16,841 bases of DNA from IMG/VR virus record IMGVR_UViG_3300037510_000249; one strand, given 5' to 3'. The notes beneath the pieces are model-generated. The model worked only from the letters and a program-made list of their open reading frames with translations, did not search any database and was not told where the DNA came from. The stretch comes from a virus. A program made the translations under genes and the position numbers. Below, piece by piece: positions 1-6,483 of this stretch. The first letter of the stretch is position 1; every line of letters starts with the position of its first letter.

Positions 1-127
1 TAGTGATCGCCTCCGCCCGGACCCGTCAAGTCCACTGCGGAGGCGATCGCGCTTTCTGGGCCCTGATTTCGCTGTGAGCGAACACGCGGGTGAATGACGG
101 CCTCGAGCACCGTCCGGCCGTACTCCT
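1..127. repeat. Left copy of an exact 127-nt terminal direct repeat (circular-closure overlap or short DTR)
   Basis: nt 1-127 (tagtgatcgcctccgc...ggccgtactcct) match nt 16715-16841 base for base. Unique length is 16,714 bp. Confidence 0.95.
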
Positions 128-299
128 TCTGGGCGTGGCGCACGCAGTAGCGCGACGTGCAGGCCGCGCAGAAGTGCGCCACGAGCCACGTCTCGCGGGG
201 CGGGCAGTCGTACTCGCTGAGGTGCTTCGCGCCGCACCCTGGCCGGCGACAGACCGGCCAGCGCGCGGACGGATCAACCTTCGGTAGCGCTCGGCCCAT
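1..299 (-). CDS. Cys-rich small protein, 108 aa, putative metal-binding. The ORF runs off the window start and continues at 16714 down to stop TGA 16689-16687.
   Basis: Hand translation from ATG 299-297: MGRALPKVDPSARWPVCRRPGCGAKHLSEYDCPPRETWLVAHFCAACTSRYCVRHAQKEYGRTVLEAVIHPRV... Third-position GC is very high from about codon 10 to 68. Six Cys occur as CX4C...C...CX2CX4C. GAGGGG lies about 10 nt upstream of the ATG. The ORF is missing from the supplied track because it crosses the junction. Confidence 0.65.
   Translation of the reverse strand, partial: MGRALPKVDPSARWPVCRRPGCGAKHLSEYDCPPRETWLVAHFCAACTSRYCVRHAQKEYGRTVLEAVIHPRVRSQRNQGPESAIASAVDLTGPGGGDH
3..50. repeat. Long inverted repeat / hairpin: 12-bp perfect stem gatcgcctccgc (5-16) with gcggaggcgatc (37-48), 20-nt loop, extendable by G3:C50 and U4-G49
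   Basis: Read directly. A second copy sits at 16717-16764 because of the terminal repeat. On the plus strand it is followed by gcTTTCTggg. Confidence 0.8.
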
Positions 300-636
300 C
301 GGGGGCCGTCCCCTCGAGCCGGTCGGCCAGGGCGACGGGGACGACGACCAGGGCGTAGCCGCACAGCGCCAGGGTCTCGGAGGCCTCCTGCACGGTGAGC
401 GAGCGCTGGCCGTTCTCGCGGTAGCTGATGGCCGACCGGCTCTTGCCCAGCCGGCGCGCGATGCCGTCCGCGGACATGCCGGCGGCGCGGCGGGCGACGT
501 ACATGACGTCGGCGAACTGGGCGATGCCCCGGACGCGGACGGGGGCGAGCGCCGCTCTCGTGCGGCCGTCGGTCTTGCCGCGGCTCTTGATGGTGTTCTG
601 TCGTGTCATGTTGGCCAGTATTGCAAGATCCGTCAC
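274..636 (-). CDS. XRE-family helix-turn-helix transcriptional regulator (repressor-like), 120 aa from GTG 636, or 111 aa from ATG 609
   Basis: The segment ARRAAGMSADGIARRLGKSRSAISYRENGQRSLTVQEA fits the HTH_3/XRE pattern. The gene sits at the divergent switch region. The ATG at 609-607 may start a leaderless mRNA. Confidence 0.75.
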   Translation of the reverse strand: MTDLAILANMTRQNTIKSRGKTDGRTRAALAPVRVRGIAQFADVMYVARRAAGMSADGIARRLGKSRSAISYRENGQRSLTVQEASETLALCGYALVVVPVALADRLEGTAPDGPSATEG

Positions 637-649
637 TAACCGCTAGCGT
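621..649 (+). promoter_or_regulatory. Candidate rightward early promoter giving a leaderless mRNA
   Basis: TTGCAA (621-626), a 17-nt spacer, then TAGCGT (644-649, fits the actinobacterial TANNNT -10). The ATG of the first plus-strand gene is at 658, 8 nt after the -10, and has no SD. Confidence 0.4.
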
Positions 650-657
650 CCGTCGAC

Positions 658-1071
658 ATGACGCAGACCAGCACCAACCACATCACCGACCCGACGGAGC
701 TCGTCGACGCGCTCGCCGCCATGGTGGCCACGTACGCCCTGCCGAGCCTGTACGCCATCGTGTCGTGCCGCCTGCCGGAGACGGCCGGTACGGAGCTCGA
801 GCGGGCCCAGCGCGTGATGACGTTCGCCGGCGAGACGGGGGCGACCCTGACGGAGACGAACGACACGCTGAGCGCCACCCTCGAGCTCGGCCGGTGGCCG
901 GCGGTGGCGCACGTGACCCTGTCCACAGGCATCGCCGCGCCGGAGGTCGCCCGACGCTACGCCGTCCCCGATCCGCTGTGCGCGCACGGATTCATCCCGG
1001 ACGGACAGGCCTGCGGCGGGCACGGCTGCACCGCCCCGGCGCTCCACGCGGAAGGCGGGCACGACCAGTGA
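658..1071 (+). CDS. Hypothetical early protein, 137 aa, with a C-terminal Cys/His cluster
   Basis: High-GC3 frame. ATG 658. Ends CAHGFIPDGQACGGHGC...HAEGGHDQ. Its stop overlaps the next start as GTGA. Confidence 0.7.
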   Translation: MTQTSTNHITDPTELVDALAAMVATYALPSLYAIVSCRLPETAGTELERAQRVMTFAGETGATLTETNDTLSATLELGRWPAVAHVTLSTGIAAPEVARRYAVPDPLCAHGFIPDGQACGGHGCTAPALHAEGGHDQ

Positions 1072-1517
1072 GCCGCGAGAAGTACGAGCCGCGCCACCGC
1101 TGGGCCCCGGGCATGGCCACCGCGGAGACTGTCCGCGAGTCCGCGCGCCGCGAGCCGCCCGCTCCCCTGCCGGCCTGGGGCGGCCGCCCGGGTGATCCTG
1201 GCCTGGCCGATGCCGAGACGGGCCAGCTGCAGGCCGTCGACGACGACCAGGACGGAGGCGACGACGATGCCGACCCCCAGCGACCCGCTCGACGGGCCGC
1301 GACCGTGGTGGCCTTTCTCCGCGGCGTCCGGCGCGGGCAGCGCGCGGCCGCGGCGGAAGGCGTCACCGCGGAGCGTTTCGGCCTTCCGCTGTCGGGTCGC
1401 GCTGCCGACGTCTCCACGGTCGCCCTGGCCGAACGGTACGGAGACGGCATCTGGCAGGGCAGCGATGACGCCCCCCTCGACCGCAGCGGCGATGACGTAC
1501 GCCGTCCGTGGATGTGA
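1068..1517 (+). CDS. Hypothetical early protein, 149 aa, with an acidic DDDQDGGDDDAD patch
   Basis: GTG 1068 overlaps the upstream stop (GTGA at 1068-1071). GC3 is about 88% by hand count in this frame only. This is the downstream part of track ORF 603-1517. Confidence 0.6.
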   Translation: MSREKYEPRHRWAPGMATAETVRESARREPPAPLPAWGGRPGDPGLADAETGQLQAVDDDQDGGDDDADPQRPARRAATVVAFLRGVRRGQRAAAAEGVTAERFGLPLSGRAADVSTVALAERYGDGIWQGSDDAPLDRSGDDVRRPWM

Positions 1518-1524
1518 GGTTCCC

Positions 1525-1764
1525 GTGATCCCCGGAATCCGCCCCGCGTGGCCCCCGGCGGCCGCACCAGAGCCCCTGCAGCGCCGCCCGTGGTGGCTCG
1601 CGGCATGGTGGCTGTGCATCCTCGCCGCGGTCGTCCTGGTCGCGTACGGCCTCACCGTCACCGCGGCCGTCCGCGGCCAGCTCGACGACGCCCCGGCAGA
1701 GTCGCCGGCGATCGTCGTTACCCCGTACCCCACCCCGTCACCTTCTTGGAGGCCTCCGCGATGA
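1525..1764 (+). CDS. Small membrane protein, 79 aa, one predicted TM helix
   Basis: GTG 1525 is preceded by GAGG (1516-1519). The hydrophobic segment is WWLAAWWLCILAAVVLVAYGLTV. This is the downstream part of track ORF 1192-1764. Confidence 0.6.
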   Translation: MIPGIRPAWPPAAAPEPLQRRPWWLAAWWLCILAAVVLVAYGLTVTAAVRGQLDDAPAESPAIVVTPYPTPSPSWRPPR

Positions 1765-2498
1765 CCAACGCATCTCACGTCCGCCGCAAACTGCTCGTCG
1801 ACCTGGTGGACGACCTCATGAAGATCGCGTCCGCGCACCGCGAACAGGGCGACCAGGTCGACCCGACCTCGCACGAGCGGGCGTATCAGGATGGGGCCGG
1901 AGACGCCCTCGAGAGCGCCGCGCGCAAGGTGAAGGATGTGCTGGGCCAGGACGACCCGGACGTCCCGGACGGCTTCACCCAGCTGATCGTCAACCTGACG
2001 ACGAACCGGATGGGTGACCTGTACTGGATCGCTGACGCCCTGGGCCTGTCGCGCACCGACGCCGTGAACTGGGCCCTGATGAAGGCGCGCCAGCACGTCA
2101 ACGGCGAGAAGCGCTCGCAAGAGATCCTGGCCCGCGTGCTCGGCGTCGACCTGCTCGAGGTGCGCCGGTTGCTCGGCTGGCACACCCCGGGGCTGTCCGG
2201 CATGGTGCTGGCCGACTGGCAGCTCCGCAGCCCCGGGCACAACCTCGCGGACTCGACGCCGCCCGGGGACGGACCGACCGGGGACGGTGACGCCGACCTC
2301 GCCGCGGCCGCCCAGCGTGTCGCCTGCCTCGAGGGGCGTCACGTGTTCGGGCCGTACGACGCCGGCGTCGAGAAGTGCCACGGGTGCGGCGTGACGCGCG
2401 TACCCAACTGCAGGTCGACCGCGGCGGACGTCGACAACGGGCTGTTGCACTGTCGTCTCCCGGACAGCCACCCCGGCGAGCACAGGTACGAGCGGTGA
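1761..2498 (+). CDS. Hypothetical protein, 245 aa, with DNA-binding-like helices and a C-terminal Cys cluster
   Basis: ATG 1761 overlaps the upstream stop (ATGA). GGAGG (1748-1752) lies 8 nt upstream. Notable segments are ADALGLSRTDAVNWALMKAR, SQEILARVLGVDLLEVRRLLG and C-terminal CLEG...CHGCGVTRVPNC...HC. Confidence 0.7.
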   Translation: MTNASHVRRKLLVDLVDDLMKIASAHREQGDQVDPTSHERAYQDGAGDALESAARKVKDVLGQDDPDVPDGFTQLIVNLTTNRMGDLYWIADALGLSRTDAVNWALMKARQHVNGEKRSQEILARVLGVDLLEVRRLLGWHTPGLSGMVLADWQLRSPGHNLADSTPPGDGPTGDGDADLAAAAQRVACLEGRHVFGPYDAGVEKCHGCGVTRVPNCRSTAADVDNGLLHCRLPDSHPGEHRYER

Positions 2499-2674
2499 GC
2501 GATCCTGCAAACGCCGGCGTCGGTTTCGAGCACGTCCGCGCACCGTCGCGGCTCGTGACGCCGGCGGACGTCCCGCCGGCGGACAAGTCGCGGGTGCTCG
2601 AGCTCCGCCGCGGCCGCCGCGCGGCGTCGTGGCCGGTCGGTGAGCGGGCCGCGGCGCTCGACCGGAATCGATAG
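2495..2674 (+). CDS. Hypothetical small protein, 59 aa
   Basis: GTG 2495 overlaps the upstream stop (GTGA). High GC3. Stop TAG at 2672-2674. This is the last gene before the convergent terminator. Confidence 0.5.
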   Translation: MSDPANAGVGFEHVRAPSRLVTPADVPPADKSRVLELRRGRRAASWPVGERAAALDRNR

Positions 2675-2712
2675 GCTCCGCCCTCGAGCGGGTCGGCCCC
2701 CCGGACCGCACA

Positions 2713-2747
2713 GAAACGGCCCCCAGCGTCTCGCTGGGGGCCGTTTC
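2713..2747. terminator. Bidirectional intrinsic-terminator-like hairpin at the only convergence point of the genome
   Basis: GAAACGGCCCCCAGC (2713-2727) pairs perfectly with GCTGGGGGCCGTTTC (2733-2747). The stem is 15 bp, the loop 5 nt, with A/T triplets at the stem base. It lies between the plus-strand operon end (2674) and the endolysin stop (2801). Confidence 0.75.
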
Positions 2748-2760
2748 CGCGTACGGGGAC

Positions 2761-2788
2761 GGTCCGGGCCTCGCAGGAAACCCGGACC
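2761..2788. terminator. Second, weaker hairpin next to the endolysin stop
   Basis: ggtccggg (2761-2768) pairs with cccggacc (2781-2788), with a 12-nt loop. Confidence 0.4.
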
Positions 2789-2800
2789 GCACGGGCCAGC

Positions 2801-3511
2801 CTACGGGGCTGGCGGGGCCGACGCTGTGTTCTGCGCGGCCTGGCGCGCCTGCTCGCGGGCGTCGGTCACGAACGACTGGAACCACCACACGCCGTCAGCG
2901 TCTTTCTCGCGGGCGTCGGCCGGTACGGGGAGCTTTGTGTGCAGCACCGCATCGGAGATGACCTTGGCTCCGGCCTCGGTCTTGGCCCAGGCGGTGAGGA
3001 TGTCGGGCATCTCGTCGCGCAGCACCGCGCGTAGTTCGTCCTTGGTCACGTCGTCTCCCTCGCGGATGCGGTCGGCCACGCGCGCCACAGCGGCCGCGCT
3101 GGCGTTGATCTCGAAATGCATGTCATCGGGCCGGTTGACGTAGTCGCCGCCCCAGCGCACCACCCCGTCGAGGTCGGCCAGGATGGCGCGGATCTTCGCC
3201 CGGTCGCTCGAGCCGTACGTGTTGCGGACGCCCATCGGGTGCCGCTCCGCGTTGTAGTCGATCGCCGTCCCGCTCGAGTGGTTGGAGATCGTCGTACTGC
3301 CCTCGATGGGCTTGACGAACCACCCCCAGCACGCGCCCGGCATGATCGGTTCGACCTCGCGGTGCAGCCGGTCGATCAGGTACCGGAACACGACGTCGAC
3401 GTCACCCTTGAGCCAGCCGTTAGGGAACTCCGCGCCGTGCACGACCGGGTCGACCAGCTTGGAGCGCTGGGCGTCGGTGACGACCGGCCAGCCGTTCTGC
3501 GACGTGCTCAC
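2801..3511 (-). CDS. Endolysin, M15-family (VanY / L-Ala-D-Glu peptidase-like) zinc metallopeptidase, 236 aa
   Basis: SNHSSGTAIDYN (SxHxxGxAxD) and DDMHFEI motifs. GTG 3511 with GGAGG 6 nt upstream. The start overlaps the holin stop (GTGA). The C-terminal ~95 aa have no motif I recognise. Confidence 0.8.
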   Translation of the reverse strand: MSTSQNGWPVVTDAQRSKLVDPVVHGAEFPNGWLKGDVDVVFRYLIDRLHREVEPIMPGACWGWFVKPIEGSTTISNHSSGTAIDYNAERHPMGVRNTYGSSDRAKIRAILADLDGVVRWGGDYVNRPDDMHFEINASAAAVARVADRIREGDDVTKDELRAVLRDEMPDILTAWAKTEAGAKVISDAVLHTKLPVPADAREKDADGVWWFQSFVTDAREQARQAAQNTASAPPAP

Positions 3512-3861
3512 CGCAGGCCTCCGTTCCGGTACGCCTCGATGACCTTGACCGCGGCCCGGTCGGCAATGTCCTGCAACTCTGCCTCGCTGCGGCCGTTGGT
3601 CTGCTCGACGATGGTGTGCAGCTGGTCGGTTTGGTGGTCGGTCTTGGCCTCGACGGTCGCGGCCTTGCGCGCGGTGGCCATCTGGCCGGCGAACAGCCCC
3701 AGCGCCAGCGTCACGAACGCGGCGATTGCCTGGTCACTCCACCCGGCGCGGGCGAGGAACACCACCACCGCGCCGACGGTCAGCAGACCCGACACGGCGA
3801 CGATGGCCTGTGGCCAGTTGTCGATCTTCAAAGCGGTATCCCCCCTGCTCAGAGTGCCCAT
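3508..3861 (-). CDS. Holin-like membrane protein, 117 aa from ATG 3861 (alternative GTG 3891 gives 127 aa)
   Basis: Two hydrophobic helices (AIVAVSGLLTVGAVVVFLA and AIAAFVTLALGLFAG) and a charged C-terminus. GGAGGGAGG lies upstream of ATG 3861. The gene is immediately upstream of, and overlaps, the endolysin. Confidence 0.7.
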   Translation of the reverse strand: MGTLSRGDTALKIDNWPQAIVAVSGLLTVGAVVVFLARAGWSDQAIAAFVTLALGLFAGQMATARKAATVEAKTDHQTDQLHTIVEQTNGRSEAELQDIADRAAVKVIEAYRNGGLR

Positions 3862-3892
3862 TGTCCCACCTCCCTCCGACAGTTCAGGCACC

Positions 3893-4375
3893 TTACGGTG
3901 CGGGCATCGCGCCGACCTGGCGCGAGAAGTAGCTCATGGTCGGGGTGCCGCCCAGGGTGGCACCGAAGTACGTCGCGCACACGTTGTAGCTACTCCCGGC
4001 GGTCAGTCCCTCGACCAGGATCGAACAGCCGGCGGAGAGGGTCTGCCCCACGCTCGAGCCGACCTTGCACCCCGGGTCGACGGACGGGTCGAACACGACG
4101 GTTCCTGAGCCGACGGTGGCTCCGGAGCGCACCTGGGGGCCCATCTGGTGCTGTCCGGTGCCCGACACCAGCGTCGAGAAGGTGCCGGAGAACCAGATCA
4201 GCACTCGCCCGGACGCCGGCGCGGTGAAGGCCTCACCGCAGATCGTGGCCCCGTTCTGCGGGGTGGTGGTGACGGTGACTCCGGTGGCATTGTCGCCGTT
4301 GGAGTCCTGCACGCTGTTCGGGAGGTTGACGTCGGAGATGTCGACGACGTCCCCGCCGGCGGCGACGGTGGCCAT
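3893..4375 (-). CDS. Small tail-tip / putative receptor-binding protein, 160 aa
   Basis: ATG 4375-4373 lies 2 nt after the stop of the 701-aa gene, with GGAAGGGG upstream. Gly/Ser/Thr/Val-rich, beta-type composition. The upstream part of track ORF 3893-4936 is an overlap artefact. Confidence 0.6.
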   Translation of the reverse strand: MATVAAGGDVVDISDVNLPNSVQDSNGDNATGVTVTTTPQNGATICGEAFTAPASGRVLIWFSGTFSTLVSGTGQHQMGPQVRSGATVGSGTVVFDPSVDPGCKVGSSVGQTLSAGCSILVEGLTAGSSYNVCATYFGATLGGTPTMSYFSRQVGAMPAP

Positions 4376-4377
4376 GA

Positions 4378-6483
4378 TCAGCCCCTTCCGTACGAGTAGC
4401 GGCGCGGAGCCGAGATGTGGACCTCTTCGCCGGCGACGTGCGTCCGGCCGGCCCCGTTGACGTTGCGGGTGACGTTCAGCCCTTGGTCTGAACCGGAGGT
4501 GAACACGCTGGTCACCGTCATCTCTTCCCCGTTGATCTTGATGTTGTACGGGGTCTGCGTGCCCCAGCCGGGGGCCGGGCTGTTGACGTAGATCGTCCCG
4601 TACGTCGCTGAGTAGGTGCCGCCCGTACCGGCGCCCTTGTTGGCCACCGTCACGCTGCCGGCCACGTCGTAGCGGCTCGTCGTCGAGCCGTAGACGGCCA
4701 CCCGGAACACGTCCGCCGGTGCGACGGTGAACGTGACGACGTTGCGGTGCCGCCGCGAGCGCTGGGCGACCCGGAGCACCTGCAGGTACAGCAGGTCGGG
4801 CGTGCGCCCGGCGACGGCAATGACCATGCCGACGTCGATGCTGTTGACGGTGGTGAGGTCGGCCGACGTGGAGTCGAGGTCGACGGTGATCTCGGTGTAC
4901 CGCGAGCCCCCGACGGTGTACCGGTTGAGCCACCACCCGGCGATGCCGGGCAGCTCCGACTCGTCGTTGACGTTGACGTCGACGGTCTTGGGGACCTTGC
5001 CCATCGTGTCGACGCCCAGGGGCCCCGTGCTCAGCGTCGCCCTGGCGCTCGAGCCCTCCCGGTTCTTGGCCACGACGTCGTTAAAGGCGTCCGCCGTGGT
5101 GATCTCTTCGCGCATCGGCGGGGCGAGCTCCGACGGCCAGTTGAGGGTGATCACCGGGGCGATCGCCTGAGCCTCGAGGTAGTTGCGCAGCGCGAACACG
5201 ATGCCCGTGTTGTCGGCCCGGTCGAAGACCATGCCGCCCTCAGTCGCCCGGCACTCCTTGATGATCTCCTGCACGGTGGCGACCGGCTGGGGGCCCATCT
5301 TGGTCGACAGGCTGGCCGTGCCGAGCACGACGTACGGCAGGCCGGCGGCGTCAAGGGTGCGGGTGAACCGGTCGGCCGCGCGCTCGCCGTTGTAGCCGTC
5401 GAAGGCGTTCTGGAAGGCGAAGCTCTGCAGGTTGTCGGTGGTGCCGGTGAACAGCGCCACGTGCCCGACGTGCGCGTTCGCCGCCGGCGTGCCCGCCCCG
5501 CCGTACCAGTTCCAATCGACCGGGCGGCCCAGGCTCGTGCCCGCGTACGTCTCGGTGAAGCCGTAGAGCAGCGCGCTGTTCTGCGGGAACCATCCGGCCT
5601 CGATGGTGACGGAACCGCCGGAGACGTAGCACTTCAGGCGCGTCTCGATCCACTGGCCAGGCTCCGCGCCCGTGCCGTACGAGTAGGACGTGTCCTTCAC
5701 GGTGACGCCGTCGGAGTCGGTGATCAACAGGTTGTACGACGTGTTGTTGATCTTCCAACGCCAGAAGTAGCCGTTGCTGCAGCGGAACGTGAACGTGTTG
5801 CTCTTCGTCGCGTCGGTGCTGCCGACGTTGGCCACCCAGCAGACCTGCCAGCCGGTCGTGGAGACGTTCGTGGCGAACTTGCCACCGATCGAGGTGGTGG
5901 CGGTGGTGCCGACCAGCGGCGCGGAGCCGGCGGGGCCGTCGTCGTCGGCGAACCGCGCACTGATGGCGTACCCGGTCCGCGCGCCGGGGGCCAGCTGGGT
6001 CAGCCTGGTCGCATCCTTGCCGTCCTCGAGCGGCCAGTAGCCGCGCAGGTTGGCGTAGGAGGTGATCTGGGTGCGCATCGGGGATGTCACAGGGTCGCTG
6101 TAGCGTCCCAGCCGGCCCAGCGTGCCGCGGCCCTCGATGTCGACCCACCGCTTGCCCTTGATCGGCGGGCCCTCTTGGAAGTCGTCCGACTGGTCGGGCA
6201 CGTACCGGTCGACCTCGCCGGTGAACCGGACGCTGCCGCCGGTGGCGAACGCGCACCGCGAGTACTGGCGAAGGTCCCCGTAGTTCGGGCCGACGGTGTT
6301 GCTGGGCCGGTACACGTCGAGGTCGTCGAGCAGCCGGAACTTGAGCCACCCGGGCTTGAGGTCGTAGTCGTCGGTCACGCCCCGCTCGAGGGTGACCTCG
6401 ACGGCGTCCTCGACGTCGCCGTCGAGCACCTGCCACGCCCCGCCGTAGTACAGCTGGGCCCAGACGTTCCACGTCGTCGCCAT
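4378..6483 (-). CDS. Minor tail protein, 701 aa (distal-tail/hub-like ends with a central lectin/LamG-like insertion)
   Basis: Directly follows the tape measure with a TGATG overlap at 6485-6481. The segment YWPLEDGKDATRL... resembles concanavalin/LamG-type insertions seen in actinophage minor tail proteins. Assigned from position and composition only. Confidence 0.65.
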   Translation of the reverse strand: MATTWNVWAQLYYGGAWQVLDGDVEDAVEVTLERGVTDDYDLKPGWLKFRLLDDLDVYRPSNTVGPNYGDLRQYSRCAFATGGSVRFTGEVDRYVPDQSDDFQEGPPIKGKRWVDIEGRGTLGRLGRYSDPVTSPMRTQITSYANLRGYWPLEDGKDATRLTQLAPGARTGYAISARFADDDGPAGSAPLVGTTATTSIGGKFATNVSTTGWQVCWVANVGSTDATKSNTFTFRCSNGYFWRWKINNTSYNLLITDSDGVTVKDTSYSYGTGAEPGQWIETRLKCYVSGGSVTIEAGWFPQNSALLYGFTETYAGTSLGRPVDWNWYGGAGTPAANAHVGHVALFTGTTDNLQSFAFQNAFDGYNGERAADRFTRTLDAAGLPYVVLGTASLSTKMGPQPVATVQEIIKECRATEGGMVFDRADNTGIVFALRNYLEAQAIAPVITLNWPSELAPPMREEITTADAFNDVVAKNREGSSARATLSTGPLGVDTMGKVPKTVDVNVNDESELPGIAGWWLNRYTVGGSRYTEITVDLDSTSADLTTVNSIDVGMVIAVAGRTPDLLYLQVLRVAQRSRRHRNVVTFTVAPADVFRVAVYGSTTSRYDVAGSVTVANKGAGTGGTYSATYGTIYVNSPAPGWGTQTPYNIKINGEEMTVTSVFTSGSDQGLNVTRNVNGAGRTHVAGEEVHISAPRRYSYGRG

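Noticed and set aside
1-299. Calling the Cys-rich protein a WhiB-like regulator
   Set aside because: Actinophages often carry WhiB genes. Here, however, the spacing CX2CX4C differs from the WhiB CX2CX5C, and no G(V/I)WGG turn follows. The protein is left as an unassigned Cys-rich protein.
603-1067. Upstream part of the 304-aa ORF 603-1517
   Set aside because: It overlaps the better-supported gene 658-1071 in another frame. The coding signal in this frame begins only at GTG 1068, which forms a GTGA overlap with the upstream stop.
957-2888. 643-aa minus-strand ORF covering the early region
   Set aside because: It is antisense to four translationally coupled plus-strand genes that carry the high-GC3 signal. 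Its product is Arg/Pro/Ala/Gly junk, and it would run through the convergent terminator.
4376-4936. Upstream part of the 347-aa ORF 3893-4936
   Set aside because: It overlaps the 3' end of the 701-aa tail gene. The translation is His/Arg/Gly junk until the ATG at 4375, which has an SD and follows the upstream stop by 2 nt.
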